A DNA stretch of 64,000 nucleotides, taken from an uncultured Candidatus Bathyarchaeia archaeon. Its GTDB lineage: Archaea; Thermoproteota; Bathyarchaeia; Bathyarchaeales; Bathyarchaeaceae. Every line of letters starts with the position of its first letter. The first letter of the stretch is position 1. The position numbers were made by a program, and so were the translations under genes. This document shows, piece after piece, positions 8,855 through 18,999 of this stretch. The notes under the pieces were generated by a model. That model was not told where the DNA came from. It searched no databases and saw only the letters and a program-made list of their open reading frames with translations. The DNA lies in assembly GCA_964510635.1 (NCBI GenBank), contig CAZEBS010000007.1, positions 22,386 to 86,385 of the forward strand, read 5' to 3'.

Positions 8855-11212
8855 GTGAAAATACAATTGGCCAAAAAAGGTTTGCTTGTTAAAGCAAAAG
8901 AACTGAAAACAGATGTTGCAGTTGTGAAAGACTTGGAACTTTCCATCGGCAAGATTGTCGATGATTCTTGGGAAGAACCTATGGGTCCAACTCCATTCCC
9001 GAACATGGAGGATCTGAGAGATTGGGACTTCAAGCTTCTCAACAAATACAAGCCGTTCTATCTGCCCTTCTGTGATGTTTGTTGCCTCTGTACCTTCGGA
9101 AAATGTGACTTATCAGGAGACAAACGAGGAGCATGTGGACTAAACATGGCTGCCCAGCAGTCGAGGATCGTTCTCCTTGCCTGCTGTATCGGAGCAGCCA
9201 CACACATTGCACACGGCAGACACTTGATTGACCATCTTATAGAAAAATATGGACGAGACATTCCTCTTTCAGCGGGCGGCTTGAACATCGATGTTGAAGC
9301 TCCTGTAACTCGTCTAGTATGTGGAGTTAACCCCAAAACCATTCAAGATTTGGACGAAGTTCTAGAATGGTGTGAAGAACAAGTGACTAGTGTTCTTTCT
9401 GCTGCACACACTGGACAAGAGGGAAGCAACCTAGATTTTGAGTCGAAGGCTTTCCACGTTGGAATGGCAGATCAGGTAGGTATGGAAATTGCTGACCTCG
9501 CTCAGATATCAGTTCTTGATTTACCAAAAGCTGACCCTGAAGCCCCACTTGTTGAATTAGGCTTTGGAGTAGCTGACGTAAAGAAACCAACAATTCTCGT
9601 AATTGGCCACAACGTTCCATCAAGCGTTGGAATAATCGATTATCTTAAAGAAAAGAATATGTTGGGCAAAGTAGAAGTTGTGGGGATATGTTGCACTGCC
9701 CACGACCTAACTCGATATGAGCCTTCAGCCAAGGTTATTGGTCCAATTTCTTGGCAACTAAAATACATTAGAAGTGGACTAGCTGACCTGATCGTCGTTG
9801 ACGAGCAATGCATAAGAGCAGACGCTCTGGAAGAAGCAAAAAAAGTCAAAACCCCTGTAATTGCTTCTAGTCCGAAAAACTGTTTGGGTCTAAAAAACAG
9901 GACAAAGGAATCAACTGAAGTTCTTGTGAATGATTTGGTTGAAGGAAAAGTTCCTGGAGTGCTAATATTGGATCCTGACAAAGCTGGAGAAGTTGCTGTT
10001 GAAGCTGCAATAGGTGTTGCACCGAAAAGAAACAAGTTCAGCATAATTCCTGATATTGAAGCGATCAAAGCTGCAGGTGAAGCCTGTAGTGGTTGCAACG
10101 AATGTGTACGTGCATGTCCAAACAACCAACCTATACCTGAAGCAATGAAAGCCGCAGCAACAGGTGACCTTGATCCATTGGCAACAATTCTCGGCGAATG
10201 TGTTGGGTGTGCCAGATGTGACAGTGCATGTCCAAAAGACTTCCCGCTCCACAGTTACATGATAAAAGCTGGCGAAAGCAAACTCTGGGAAGAAAAGTAT
10301 ATGATGCGCTCTGGACGAGGCGCCATCTCTGACGTTGAAATCCGAAACGTTGGCGGTCCTATAGTTCTCGGAGAGATACCAGGCGTAGTTGCTATCGTTG
10401 GGTGCTCTAACTATCCTGAAGGCGGCGAAGCAGTAGCAGAAATTGCTGAAGAGTTCGCAAGACGCAGATTCATCGTTGTCCTATCTGGATGTGCAGCAAT
10501 GTCTGTTGCCACTGTAACAGATGAAGAAGGAAAATCCCTGTATGAAAGGTATCCTGGAGGCTTTGAAGCTGGAGCCATCCTGAACGTCGGTTCATGTGTC
10601 TCTAACTCACACATCGCTGGAGCAGCAATCAAAATCGCAAGCATCTTCGCAAAACGAAACCTACGTGCCAACTATGAGGAAATCGCTGACTACATCCACA
10701 ACCGTGTTGGAGCAGTTGGTCTCGCTTGGGGAGCATACTCCCAGAAAGCAGCTGCAATCGCTTCCGGTTTCTGGAGACTCGGTGTCCCAGTAGTGGTTGG
10801 TCCGCATGGATCAAAGTATCGGCGTATGCTTTTGGGAAGAGCAGACAAAAAAGATGACTGGTACGTTTACGACGCCCGAACTGGCGACAAAGTATACACT
10901 GGTCCCGCTCCCGAACATCTGTTCACAACCGCAGAATCAAAAGAAGAATGCATAGTTATGCTGATGAAACTCTGTATGCGACCAAACGACACAACTAAAG
11001 GACGCAGCATGAAATTGACCCACTACATTGACCTGCACAAACGATACTTTGGCACTATGCCCGACGACATACATCTATTCATCAGAAACAAGATGGATAT
11101 ACCAATCACCATGAAAACAGAAATCCTAAAAATCCTCGAAGAAAAGAACTGGAAAGAGACAAGAATTCCAGACCCAACATTACTTGAAAGAATGGTTAGG
11201 AAGAGAGGTTGA
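8855..11212 (+). CDS. cdhA: CODH/ACS (acetyl-CoA decarbonylase/synthase) alpha subunit, Ni-CO dehydrogenase
   Basis: 785 aa. N-terminal Cys cluster (CDVCCLCTFGKCDL...GACG), an inserted 2x[4Fe-4S] ferredoxin motif (CSGCNECVRACP / CVGCARCDSACP), and a C-cluster region. First gene of a cdh operon. GTG start preceded by GGTG. Confidence 0.9.
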   Translation: MKIQLAKKGLLVKAKELKTDVAVVKDLELSIGKIVDDSWEEPMGPTPFPNMEDLRDWDFKLLNKYKPFYLPFCDVCCLCTFGKCDLSGDKRGACGLNMAAQQSRIVLLACCIGAATHIAHGRHLIDHLIEKYGRDIPLSAGGLNIDVEAPVTRLVCGVNPKTIQDLDEVLEWCEEQVTSVLSAAHTGQEGSNLDFESKAFHVGMADQVGMEIADLAQISVLDLPKADPEAPLVELGFGVADVKKPTILVIGHNVPSSVGIIDYLKEKNMLGKVEVVGICCTAHDLTRYEPSAKVIGPISWQLKYIRSGLADLIVVDEQCIRADALEEAKKVKTPVIASSPKNCLGLKNRTKESTEVLVNDLVEGKVPGVLILDPDKAGEVAVEAAIGVAPKRNKFSIIPDIEAIKAAGEACSGCNECVRACPNNQPIPEAMKAAATGDLDPLATILGECVGCARCDSACPKDFPLHSYMIKAGESKLWEEKYMMRSGRGAISDVEIRNVGGPIVLGEIPGVVAIVGCSNYPEGGEAVAEIAEEFARRRFIVVLSGCAAMSVATVTDEEGKSLYERYPGGFEAGAILNVGSCVSNSHIAGAAIKIASIFAKRNLRANYEEIADYIHNRVGAVGLAWGAYSQKAAAIASGFWRLGVPVVVGPHGSKYRRMLLGRADKKDDWYVYDARTGDKVYTGPAPEHLFTTAESKEECIVMLMKLCMRPNDTTKGRSMKLTHYIDLHKRYFGTMPDDIHLFIRNKMDIPITMKTEILKILEEKNWKETRIPDPTLLERMVRKRG

Positions 11213-11763
11213 TTGAAATGAGCGCAAAAGCAGAATCTTGGCAAACAGCAGAAGTAGCTGGACCCAAAAAAGCTAAGGTTATTGTGAAACCTGAAGTAGC
11301 CGCAGCAATGGTAAAACGGGCAAAACGTCCGATTCTTGTTGTCGGATACTTGTCCACAAAAGCTGACAAAGACACAGGAAAGATGCTCGAGTATGCCATT
11401 CGCCTAAACAAAGCAATTGGAATCTCGATTGTTGCCACTGCACATACAATAAAGGGGTTCGTGAATCAAGGCTTCAATGATGCAGTTCAGATGTCCGCCA
11501 TGGATATTGGCAACAGGCTTAAAGACCCGACATGGACTGGCTTAGACGGAAAAGGCTCCTATGATGTTGCCTTATTCATGGGCTGGCCATTCTACATGGA
11601 GTATGTGATCTTGTCAGGGCTAAAGCACTTCTCTAAAAACCTTAAAACCATAAGCTTGGACAGATATTATAACCCGAATGCAAGCTGGTCCTTCCCCAAC
11701 CTCAAGGTTGAGGAATGGAATCAAAGTTTTGAAACAATAATAAAAACCTTAGGAGGAAAATAA
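11209..11763 (+). CDS. cdhB: CODH/ACS epsilon subunit
   Basis: ~180 aa, immediately after cdhA and overlapping it. Size and position fit archaeal CdhB. The start could be the TTG at 11209 or the ATG at 11218. Confidence 0.8.
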   Translation: MIEMSAKAESWQTAEVAGPKKAKVIVKPEVAAAMVKRAKRPILVVGYLSTKADKDTGKMLEYAIRLNKAIGISIVATAHTIKGFVNQGFNDAVQMSAMDIGNRLKDPTWTGLDGKGSYDVALFMGWPFYMEYVILSGLKHFSKNLKTISLDRYYNPNASWSFPNLKVEEWNQSFETIIKTLGGK

Positions 11764-11766
11764 AAA

Positions 11767-13152
11767 ATGTCAATGTTTGAAGACATCCCCGTGGATGTTG
11801 GAGTAATCTACGAAGGAGAAAGAATCCGAAGAAACAACATGCAAGTCGAATTAGGAGGACCAAAACAGCCAGCAAAGTTCGAACTAGTACGCGCAAAGAA
11901 GATGGACGAAGTCGAAGACGAAAAAGTAACCATTATTGGACCTGACCTCAAAGATTTGCCTGAAGGCGGCAACGTTCCTTTTGGCATTTACGTAGAGGTT
12001 GCAGGCAAAGACATTGAAGAAGACCTTGAAGGTGTAACCGAGCGCCGAATCCACGAATACCTTAACTTCATCGAAGGAATCATGCACCTAAACCAGCGCT
12101 ACGACATTTGGATACGTGTAAGCACGAAATCATTCCAGAAAGGACTTAACTCTTTCACATATGTCGGTAAAGTGTTGGCAAGACTCTACAAGAGCGAGCT
12201 GCCCTTCATCGAGAAAATCCAAATCACCTTCATAACTGACCCAGCGAAAGTCAAAGAAATGTATGACCAAGCAATGGAAATTTATGAAGCCCGAGACGCG
12301 AAAGCCAGAGGAATGAAAGACGACGAAGTTGACACATTCTATGGATGCACCCTGTGCCAATCCTTCGCGCCAACCCACATGTGCGTAATCACTCCCCAAA
12401 GATACTCAAACTGTGGCTCAATCAGCTGGTTCGACGGCAGAGCCTCTGCACAAGTCGACCCGAAAGGTCCAGTTTTCGCTATCGAAAAAGGAGAAATGCT
12501 TGACGCAGAAAAGGGAGAATTCTCTGGAATCAATGAATCCATCAAACAGAAGACTTTGGGCGCAGTTGACAAAGTCTGGATGTATACCGGCTTTGGTTAC
12601 CCACACACTTCATGTGGCTGCTTCGAGGCTCTGGCATTCTACATTCCAGAAGTCGAAGGCTACGGCATTGTTGACCGAGGCTTCAGAGGCGTAACAGTGA
12701 ACGGGCTGCCCTTCTCGACGCTAGCTGACTCTGGCGCAGGAGGCAGACAAGTAGACGGATTCCACGGAATATCCATTGAATACATGCGCTCACCCAAGTT
12801 CCTAGAAGCAGACGGCGGCTGGGACCGAGTAGTCTGGATGCCACAAAGCGTTAAAGACCGTGTCAAAGATTTCATGCCAGAAGCAGCAAAAACCAACGTA
12901 GCAACAGAAAACGACGCAAAAACAGTTGATGAACTTAAAGCCTTCCTGAAAGAGAAGAATCACCCTGTTGTCCAAAGATGGACTGAAGAAGCTGAAGAGG
13001 CACCTGCAGCTGAAGCAGAAGAAGCAGCAGAAGGAACAGTGTTTCCAGTTTCTACTGCAACTGTTGCCGCTGGCGGATTCAAGATAATCTTCAAAAACGC
13101 TAAAATCCACGCAGAAAAAGTAATCATTAAACGGGAAAAACCAAAAAGGTGA
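11767..13152 (+). CDS. cdhC: CODH/ACS beta subunit (acetyl-CoA synthase, A-cluster)
   Basis: The FYGCTLCQSFAPTHMCVITPQRYSNCGSISWFDGRA and HTSCGCFE motifs are typical of the ACS A-cluster domain. Acidic, Ala-rich C-terminal tail. Confidence 0.9.
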   Translation: MSMFEDIPVDVGVIYEGERIRRNNMQVELGGPKQPAKFELVRAKKMDEVEDEKVTIIGPDLKDLPEGGNVPFGIYVEVAGKDIEEDLEGVTERRIHEYLNFIEGIMHLNQRYDIWIRVSTKSFQKGLNSFTYVGKVLARLYKSELPFIEKIQITFITDPAKVKEMYDQAMEIYEARDAKARGMKDDEVDTFYGCTLCQSFAPTHMCVITPQRYSNCGSISWFDGRASAQVDPKGPVFAIEKGEMLDAEKGEFSGINESIKQKTLGAVDKVWMYTGFGYPHTSCGCFEALAFYIPEVEGYGIVDRGFRGVTVNGLPFSTLADSGAGGRQVDGFHGISIEYMRSPKFLEADGGWDRVVWMPQSVKDRVKDFMPEAAKTNVATENDAKTVDELKAFLKEKNHPVVQRWTEEAEEAPAAEAEEAAEGTVFPVSTATVAAGGFKIIFKNAKIHAEKVIIKREKPKR

Positions 13153-14363
13153 AGTTTATGCCCGAAAGGGCGGAAAAAGACTCTGACCTTAAACTTCCCC
13201 CCGAGCTCTTAGACCTCTTCACAGGTTTTGATGACCTGGAGCTTGAAGACGTCGACATCGAAGTGGATGAACTGGAGTTTGCGTATCAGCCAGGGTTCCT
13301 GCCTGCAATCAAAAGGATGGTTGCAGCAAGAGCCAAGCCAACATCTCTCTTAGATGCACCCTTTGCGCTTCCTGTACAGAAGTATCTAGGGCAAATCGTT
13401 GAAGTCACCCTTGGAGCCACAAAGAGTCAGGGCGGAACCCGTGGAAGGTCTATTGCCATCGGAGGAGAAAAGTCTCCTGCCTTCTACACTTTCGAGAATC
13501 CGACACTTAACTCGCCAATAATCTCTCTTGACGTATTCGACCAGAAAGTACCCATCCCCAAAGCAGTTCGAACCAACTTCAACGATGCAATAGAAGACCC
13601 TGTTTCGTGGGCAAAATTTGCTGTTGACAAGTTTGGAGCACAAATGATTACTCTCCATCTGGTCAGCATTGATCCACTGAACCCTAAGCCTTCAACACCT
13701 GCGGAAGCCGCAAAAACTGTTGAAGATGTTCTTCAGGCAGTTGATGTGCCCCTTGTTGTAGGCGGGTGTGGTGATCCTGAGAAGGACTTGGCGGTCTTTG
13801 AGAAAGTAACTGCTGCAGCTGAAGGAGAAAGACTCCTAATCAGCACTGTTACGTTAGACATGGATATAGAAAAGTCAGCTAAACTGATCAAGAAGCATGG
13901 ACATGTTGCCTTGGCGTTCTCTCCAATGGACCTGAACCAAGCAAGAGAACTGAACAGGCGCCTTCTCGAATATCTGCCAAAAGAGCAAATCATAATGGAC
14001 ACAACAACAGCGGCGCTAGGATATGGACTTGACTACGCCTACACCATCATGGAACGTGCACGATTAGCTGGTCTGATGGGGGACCCCGAGCTTCAGCAAC
14101 CCATGTCATCTGGAACAACCAACGCTTGGGCAGCAAGAGAAGCATGGAAGAAGATGGACCCACAATGGGGCGCTAGAGAACTCCGTGGACCTTTATGGGA
14201 AGCAGTGACTGGCTTAACCCTGTTGCTGGCTGGCGTTGACCTGTTCATGATGTTGCATCCTGCAGCCGTCAGAACTCTCAGAAACACCGTCAAAAGATTG
14301 ACAGAAAAACCGGGCACCGCAGATGCTGCAAAGTTTGCTAACTGGGTGTCAGCGAAATTCTAG
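13149..14363 (+). CDS. cdhD: CODH/ACS delta subunit (corrinoid Fe-S protein small subunit)
   Basis: 404 aa with TIM-barrel-like pterin-binding-type sequence. Its position between cdhC and cdhE supports the call. Start is GTG 13149 or ATG 13158. Confidence 0.8.
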   Translation: MKFMPERAEKDSDLKLPPELLDLFTGFDDLELEDVDIEVDELEFAYQPGFLPAIKRMVAARAKPTSLLDAPFALPVQKYLGQIVEVTLGATKSQGGTRGRSIAIGGEKSPAFYTFENPTLNSPIISLDVFDQKVPIPKAVRTNFNDAIEDPVSWAKFAVDKFGAQMITLHLVSIDPLNPKPSTPAEAAKTVEDVLQAVDVPLVVGGCGDPEKDLAVFEKVTAAAEGERLLISTVTLDMDIEKSAKLIKKHGHVALAFSPMDLNQARELNRRLLEYLPKEQIIMDTTTAALGYGLDYAYTIMERARLAGLMGDPELQQPMSSGTTNAWAAREAWKKMDPQWGARELRGPLWEAVTGLTLLLAGVDLFMMLHPAAVRTLRNTVKRLTEKPGTADAAKFANWVSAKF

Positions 14364-14376
14364 AAGGTGATATGGC

Positions 14377-15798
14377 ATGTCAGGAAAAGAAACTAAGGGC
14401 GGAATGAAACAACTCAGCCCAATCGACATTTACACTCTGCTTCCAAAAACAAACTGCAAAGAATGTGGAGAAGACAACTGTATGGCCTTTGCCACGAAAG
14501 TGGTGAACAGAGAAGTAAGCGTAGACCAGTGTCCTCCACTTTTGACCAAAAAGTTCGAAAAGAATTACCTGAAGCTCAAGGAGATGCTTAAGCCAGCAGT
14601 CAAAGAGGTGACTGTTGGTGCTGATGCCAGTGCAATCAAGGTCGGCGGAAAGCTGGTTATGTATCGTCACGAGTTCACATACTTCAATCCAACAGCCATT
14701 GCCATAGACGTGACAGACGAAATGTCTGACAAGGAACTGTCTGAACGCGTAAAGAAGACCCAAGAATTCACATACATATACATTGGTAATGACCTGAAGC
14801 TCCAAATGATTGCAGTCCGTTCCACTTCCGGCGACGCCGACAAATTCAAAGCCGCAGTTAAGAAGGTTGCAGACATAACTAAGCTGCCATTGATTCTGTG
14901 CTCCACCAACTCATCAGTCATGGAAGCTGGTTTGATGGCTATTCCTAAAGCTCGACCTCTCATCTACGCCGCCACAAAGGATAACTGGAAAGAAATGGCG
15001 GAGCTGGCATTGATGTATAATTGCCCGTTGACTGTTTCTGCTCCAAACAATCTTGATCTCCTCAGATCAATGGTTAAGACCATGAAGGAATACGGCGTCG
15101 AAGACCTAGTATTAGATCCAGGTACCTTCACCAGCGCAGGCCTTGGAGACACAATAAACAACTTCACTATGCTCCGCAGAGCAGCATGCGAAATGGGTGA
15201 CGAAATGGTAGGCTATCCGCTGATAGGAACTCCCATTACAGCATGGACTGAACCAGCAAACTCTCCGACAGTGAATGCTTGGAACGAAGCACATGTTGCT
15301 TCAATGCTCGTAACACGGTTCGCAGACATCCTCATCATGCATGGCACCGAAGGCTGGGCACTTCTCCCGCTGACTGTGCTAAGACAGAACATCTACACTG
15401 ACCCCCGAAAACCAGTTGCCGTAGAAGCAGGACTGAGAGCTATCGGAACTCCTGATGAAAACTCTCCAGTGCTAATGACATCAAACTTTGCGCTGACATA
15501 CTACACTGTAGAACAAGACATAGAATCCACAGGCAAGCCTGCATACCTTCTTGTCGTTGACTCTGAAGGAACAGCCATAGACAGTGGAGTCGCTGGCAGG
15601 AAACTGACTGCAGAAACTGTTGCGGATGCAATCAAAGAGAGCAACGTAGAAGAGAAGGTAAAGCACCGAAAACTGATAATTCCAGGTAAAGCAGCTCGCA
15701 TCAGCGGAGAAATCGAGGAACTGTCGAACTGGGAAGTTCTGGTTGGACCCCAAGACTCTTCAGGTATAGCTAAATTCCTTCAAGAGAAGTGGAAGTAA
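14377..15798 (+). CDS. cdhE: CODH/ACS gamma subunit (corrinoid Fe-S protein large subunit)
   Basis: N-terminal [4Fe-4S] motif NCKECGEDNCMAFATKVVNREVSVDQCP, 473 aa, last gene of the operon. A T-rich tract follows. Confidence 0.9.
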   Translation: MSGKETKGGMKQLSPIDIYTLLPKTNCKECGEDNCMAFATKVVNREVSVDQCPPLLTKKFEKNYLKLKEMLKPAVKEVTVGADASAIKVGGKLVMYRHEFTYFNPTAIAIDVTDEMSDKELSERVKKTQEFTYIYIGNDLKLQMIAVRSTSGDADKFKAAVKKVADITKLPLILCSTNSSVMEAGLMAIPKARPLIYAATKDNWKEMAELALMYNCPLTVSAPNNLDLLRSMVKTMKEYGVEDLVLDPGTFTSAGLGDTINNFTMLRRAACEMGDEMVGYPLIGTPITAWTEPANSPTVNAWNEAHVASMLVTRFADILIMHGTEGWALLPLTVLRQNIYTDPRKPVAVEAGLRAIGTPDENSPVLMTSNFALTYYTVEQDIESTGKPAYLLVVDSEGTAIDSGVAGRKLTAETVADAIKESNVEEKVKHRKLIIPGKAARISGEIEELSNWEVLVGPQDSSGIAKFLQEKWK

Positions 15799-15990
15799 CC
15801 TTCCACACCATCTCTCCTTTTTTGTTTCTGTTGTTTTTTCTTGCTTTACAGCTTAATATTAACTAGCTATGTTTCATGTCGATTGACGATGACATCCTCT
15901 TTCCAAAGCGTTGTTTAACTAAAATACATAATATTCTATAGGAAGAACGCAACTCTAGAACAATAGTAAAACATCGGAGAGGATTGTGGG

Positions 15991-16455
15991 TTGCCCAAAA
16001 AAAATGAGGAACCAAGTGTGAACATTTACGACCTCCTCTCCGACGAAGTTGATGATGTAAAAGAAGAAAAGAAAAGCAGACGAGCTGAGCTTCTGGAGTC
16101 CATAGGTGTAGAGGACCGTTTTGAAGAGGGAAGCATCAAGATTGACATGCGAACCTGCAGAGGAATAGAATGCAACTTATGCGTGAAAGCATGCCCCACC
16201 AACGCCCTCTACTGGAGAGCTGGAGAAATCGGAATCGAAGAAGACCTTTGTATCCATTGTACCGCCTGTGTCCTCAACTGCTGTGTAGACAACTGCATCA
16301 AAGTCACAAGAAAGCGTCCAGATGACAAAACAGAAACGTTCAGCACACCAAAGGAGGCACTTGAGGTAAACCGCATTGTTGCTGCCAAGAATAGGAAGGA
16401 ACGGGTGAAGACTCGTATCGAAAATCCTGAAGAATGCTACATAACCAAATATTGA
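15991..16455 (+). CDS. 2x[4Fe-4S]-type ferredoxin-domain protein
   Basis: CRGIECNLCVKACP and CIHCTACVLNCCVDNC motifs. TTG start. Lies downstream of the cdh operon. Confidence 0.6.
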   Translation: MPKKNEEPSVNIYDLLSDEVDDVKEEKKSRRAELLESIGVEDRFEEGSIKIDMRTCRGIECNLCVKACPTNALYWRAGEIGIEEDLCIHCTACVLNCCVDNCIKVTRKRPDDKTETFSTPKEALEVNRIVAAKNRKERVKTRIENPEECYITKY

Positions 16456-16483
16456 AACTGTAACTGGACGAAGTTTCTTTGGG

Positions 16484-17194
16484 TTAAGACCTTTTGGACC
16501 CAAGCATTTTCCTTCTACGGTCTTCTCCGGGCTTCACTGTGTCTTCTACCATCTTGTACTGTCTCTCGTAAATGTGGCAGTTCTTGCTATGGAAAATGAG
16601 TGTGCCCGCTTTTATGTTCATGTTTCCCCGTCGGTTAATTTCTGAAACGAGGGCTTCGTTGAATATCTGAATTCCAGCGATGTTGGCGGGCAGCCCTGCG
16701 TAGGCGTCCCATGAACGGAAGTAGCAGGTCAAATTCAGTTGGTTGTCCAGTATTTCGGTGTCGATTAAACTCAAGCATGGAGGTTCATGCTTTTTGTGAG
16801 ATGTTATGCTTTTTTTGATGTCTTCAGGTAGCCGAATCACAAAGGTTACCTGCCTGTCTCTTCGTTCCTCAACATATCTCTTTATGGCTTCTTCTACTTG
16901 GTCAACGGGCTCTCTCATGCGGCTCCCGTAAGTGTAAGTTTCTTCTTCTATTGCTCCAGACCACAGATACTTCAGAGCATACCAATTAACATATTTCATG
17001 TCACAGGGAGCCATGAAATCAACTAGAGGACGGTTAGCAGGGTTAGTAATCTCAATGCTCACATTCAGCTTCTTGGTCTCGGAAATCTCAGAGCCGTACC
17101 CAACCTCAAAACGGTCTCCATTGTACCAGATTTCATTCAAAACCTTGTACCAAGCATCTGGGCAATCAAAGGCTTTAAGTTTAACATACCTCAC
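16484..17194 (-). CDS. thyA: Thymidylate synthase, archaeal ThyA-like
   Basis: 236 aa. The PPCLSLID...FRSWDAYAGLPANIAGIQIF...HIY arrangement resembles the catalytic Cys loop and dUMP-binding segments of archaeal ThyA-type enzymes. GTG start with GGAGGT 8 nt upstream. Confidence 0.65.
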   Translation of the reverse strand: MRYVKLKAFDCPDAWYKVLNEIWYNGDRFEVGYGSEISETKKLNVSIEITNPANRPLVDFMAPCDMKYVNWYALKYLWSGAIEEETYTYGSRMREPVDQVEEAIKRYVEERRDRQVTFVIRLPEDIKKSITSHKKHEPPCLSLIDTEILDNQLNLTCYFRSWDAYAGLPANIAGIQIFNEALVSEINRRGNMNIKAGTLIFHSKNCHIYERQYKMVEDTVKPGEDRRRKMLGSKRS

Positions 17195-17329
17195 GATTGA
17201 ACCTCCAGTATGCTTACCCTATCATGCAACTCTTATAATTGCTTTTCACATTTCCCATGCGGGGGATGTAACAAAAAAATTGTGTAAAAAAGATTGAAAA
17301 AGTGAGAGTAGATTCCAGCTGATTACAGC

Positions 17330-17482
17330 TTAGTATCTATTTCTTCTCGGTGGTCTTCGTTTAGCATAACACTCTCTGCAGTATACGGGTCTGCTTGCGT
17401 CAGGCTTGAAGGGAACTTGACATTTTTGTCCACATTCAGCGCAGACTGCGTCGTGCATTTCTCGTGGTCTACCATAAGACAT
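17330..17482 (-). CDS. Small CxxC-x17-CxxC zinc-ribbon protein (50 aa)
   Basis: Not in the track because it is under 60 aa. My translation is MSYGRPREMHDAVCAECGQKCQVPFKPDASRPVYCRECYAKRRPPRRNRY. It has the characteristic CxxC-17-CxxC spacing and a basic tail. Confidence 0.55.
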   Translation of the reverse strand: MSYGRPREMHDAVCAECGQKCQVPFKPDASRPVYCRECYAKRRPPRRNRY

Positions 17483-17634
17483 TCGGATTGCACCTCCTAT
17501 CTATTAAGAGAATCAGTTTCTTCAGAACACTAATTCTGAACATCTTACATTAAAGTTACTTATAAACCTGTGCACAGGAATCAGAAAAAAATGAGCAAAA
17601 CTTTGAATCAGTTGAGCACAAGCACTGGATTTTT

Positions 17635-17847
17635 CTAGTTCAGGAAGCTAGTTTCCGTTTTTATTGGAACATTGCTTCCGCATTTTTTACATTTAACCTT
17701 AGAACTGGTCACAGAAATTAGCCTGAAAGGTATCATACGTCCACAATTCTGGCATTTAACAAAGCGGAGTTTTCCACGGTCTTTTTTGTGGATGCTTTCA
17801 AGCAACGCCGTGAAGATGTTATAATCTTGGTTTTGTGGGACCTGCAT
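17635..17847 (-). CDS. Hypothetical zinc-ribbon protein
   Basis: 70 aa with CQNCG...CKKCG. Lies 6 nt downstream of the wHTH gene on the same strand. Confidence 0.4.
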   Translation of the reverse strand: MQVPQNQDYNIFTALLESIHKKDRGKLRFVKCQNCGRMIPFRLISVTSSKVKCKKCGSNVPIKTETSFLN

Positions 17848-17853
17848 TAGGAA

Positions 17854-18165
17854 TTACCTCACCAACATCGGGGCTTCAGCAGGCTCTTCTGATCTGAGAA
17901 GGCTTGACATTTCCATGTAATTTTCGATGTAGCGCTCACCTTTGGCCGTTGTCTCGTAAAACTTCTGTCCATTAACTTCATTGACTCTCAGGAAACCCAT
18001 TTCAGTCAGGAATGAAAGATACTCGTTCAGTTGGCTGAAACTCAAATTTGCTCTGTACATAATCCGAGTCTTCAGCTGGCTTCCTTTTGTTATTTCCATT
18101 ATTTCTGCCATTATATGCAACCGATCTCTTCGGTCCCAAAGTGGTTGAGCATTGCAACAGTTCAA
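17854..18165 (-). CDS. Winged-helix DNA-binding protein
   Basis: IMEITKGSQLKTRIMYRANLSFSQLNEYLSFLTEMGFL...YETTAKGERYI fits the small archaeal wHTH (HTH_45-like) family. Confidence 0.6.
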   Translation of the reverse strand: MNCCNAQPLWDRRDRLHIMAEIMEITKGSQLKTRIMYRANLSFSQLNEYLSFLTEMGFLRVNEVNGQKFYETTAKGERYIENYMEMSSLLRSEEPAEAPMLVR

Positions 18166-18276
18166 TACAATTCCTCTCTAATCTAGTTCAGTACGTTTCT
18201 TCTGTACATCTATACCCCTAAAATACTGTGCTTCGTTAGAGAACATATTACGGTAAACAGAATATTACACAGGATA

Positions 18277-18834
18277 CTAAATGAATCCTAGATGTTCAAG
18301 GATTATTTTCAGTCCTATAGCAACTAGAATTATGCCGCCTAATGATTCAACTCTGCTTTTTAGGACACGCCCAAATCTGCCTCCAAGATAGACGCCAAAA
18401 AAAGACAGCGAAAACGTGACAACCCCGGTTACGATTGCGGGAGTTATGATTGAAACCTGTAGAATAGACAGGCTGAGCCCAACAGCCAAAGCGTCGATGC
18501 TTGTGGCAACCGACAATACTATTAGTACTTTGATGCTGAGAGAAGCAACGAAGGTATCAGATTTCTTTTTGATGGATTCGTAAATCATTCTGGAACCAAT
18601 AAGCGCAAGAAGAAAGAAAGCCACCCAATGATCATACTCTGCAATTAAGTCTATGACATGCACGCCAGCAAACCATCCAATGATGGGCATGATTCCTTGA
18701 AAGAATCCGAAGAAAACAGCTATTTTGAGGGCTTTAGTGGCTTGGAATGTTTTAGTTGCTAATCCGTTTGCTATAGCTACTGAAAACGAGTCCATTGCCA
18801 ATCCTAAAGCAATCAAAAATATTGTTATGTCCAT
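18277..18834 (-). CDS. mntP: Manganese efflux pump MntP family
   Basis: MDITIFLIALGLAMDSFSVAIANGL and the second-half repeat TSIDALAVGLS are the duplicated MntP/DUF204 motifs. 185 aa, 6 TM. Confidence 0.8.
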   Translation of the reverse strand: MDITIFLIALGLAMDSFSVAIANGLATKTFQATKALKIAVFFGFFQGIMPIIGWFAGVHVIDLIAEYDHWVAFFLLALIGSRMIYESIKKKSDTFVASLSIKVLIVLSVATSIDALAVGLSLSILQVSIITPAIVTGVVTFSLSFFGVYLGGRFGRVLKSRVESLGGIILVAIGLKIILEHLGFI

Positions 18835-18999
18835 TCGGCTTCACCTTCGGAAAGCTTATGCCTTTGAATGCAGATGTTCCTAAAAACATTTCTGAGAAGT
18901 CACGTTAAGCGTAAAAGTTGTTTCAGCTATAATCGCCACTAGGAATTCTGGTTGTTAGATGACAGAAAATGGGGGCAGTCTCCCGACTGACATGGTGGG

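Noticed and set aside
9640-10125. Long antisense or alternative-frame ORFs inside the cdh genes. Examples are 9640-10125, 9962-10252, 10411-10671, 12130-12399, 14380-14805 and 15481-15753. Similar shadow ORFs occur inside amt (28661-29197), glnA (41744-42070), the L15e gene (34759-35232), the radical SAM gene (3739-4416) and the surface-protein genes.
   Set aside because: Each lies entirely within a much longer ORF that has clear family motifs. Their translations are low-complexity or compositionally odd, and none has recognisable motifs. They are typical shadow ORFs.
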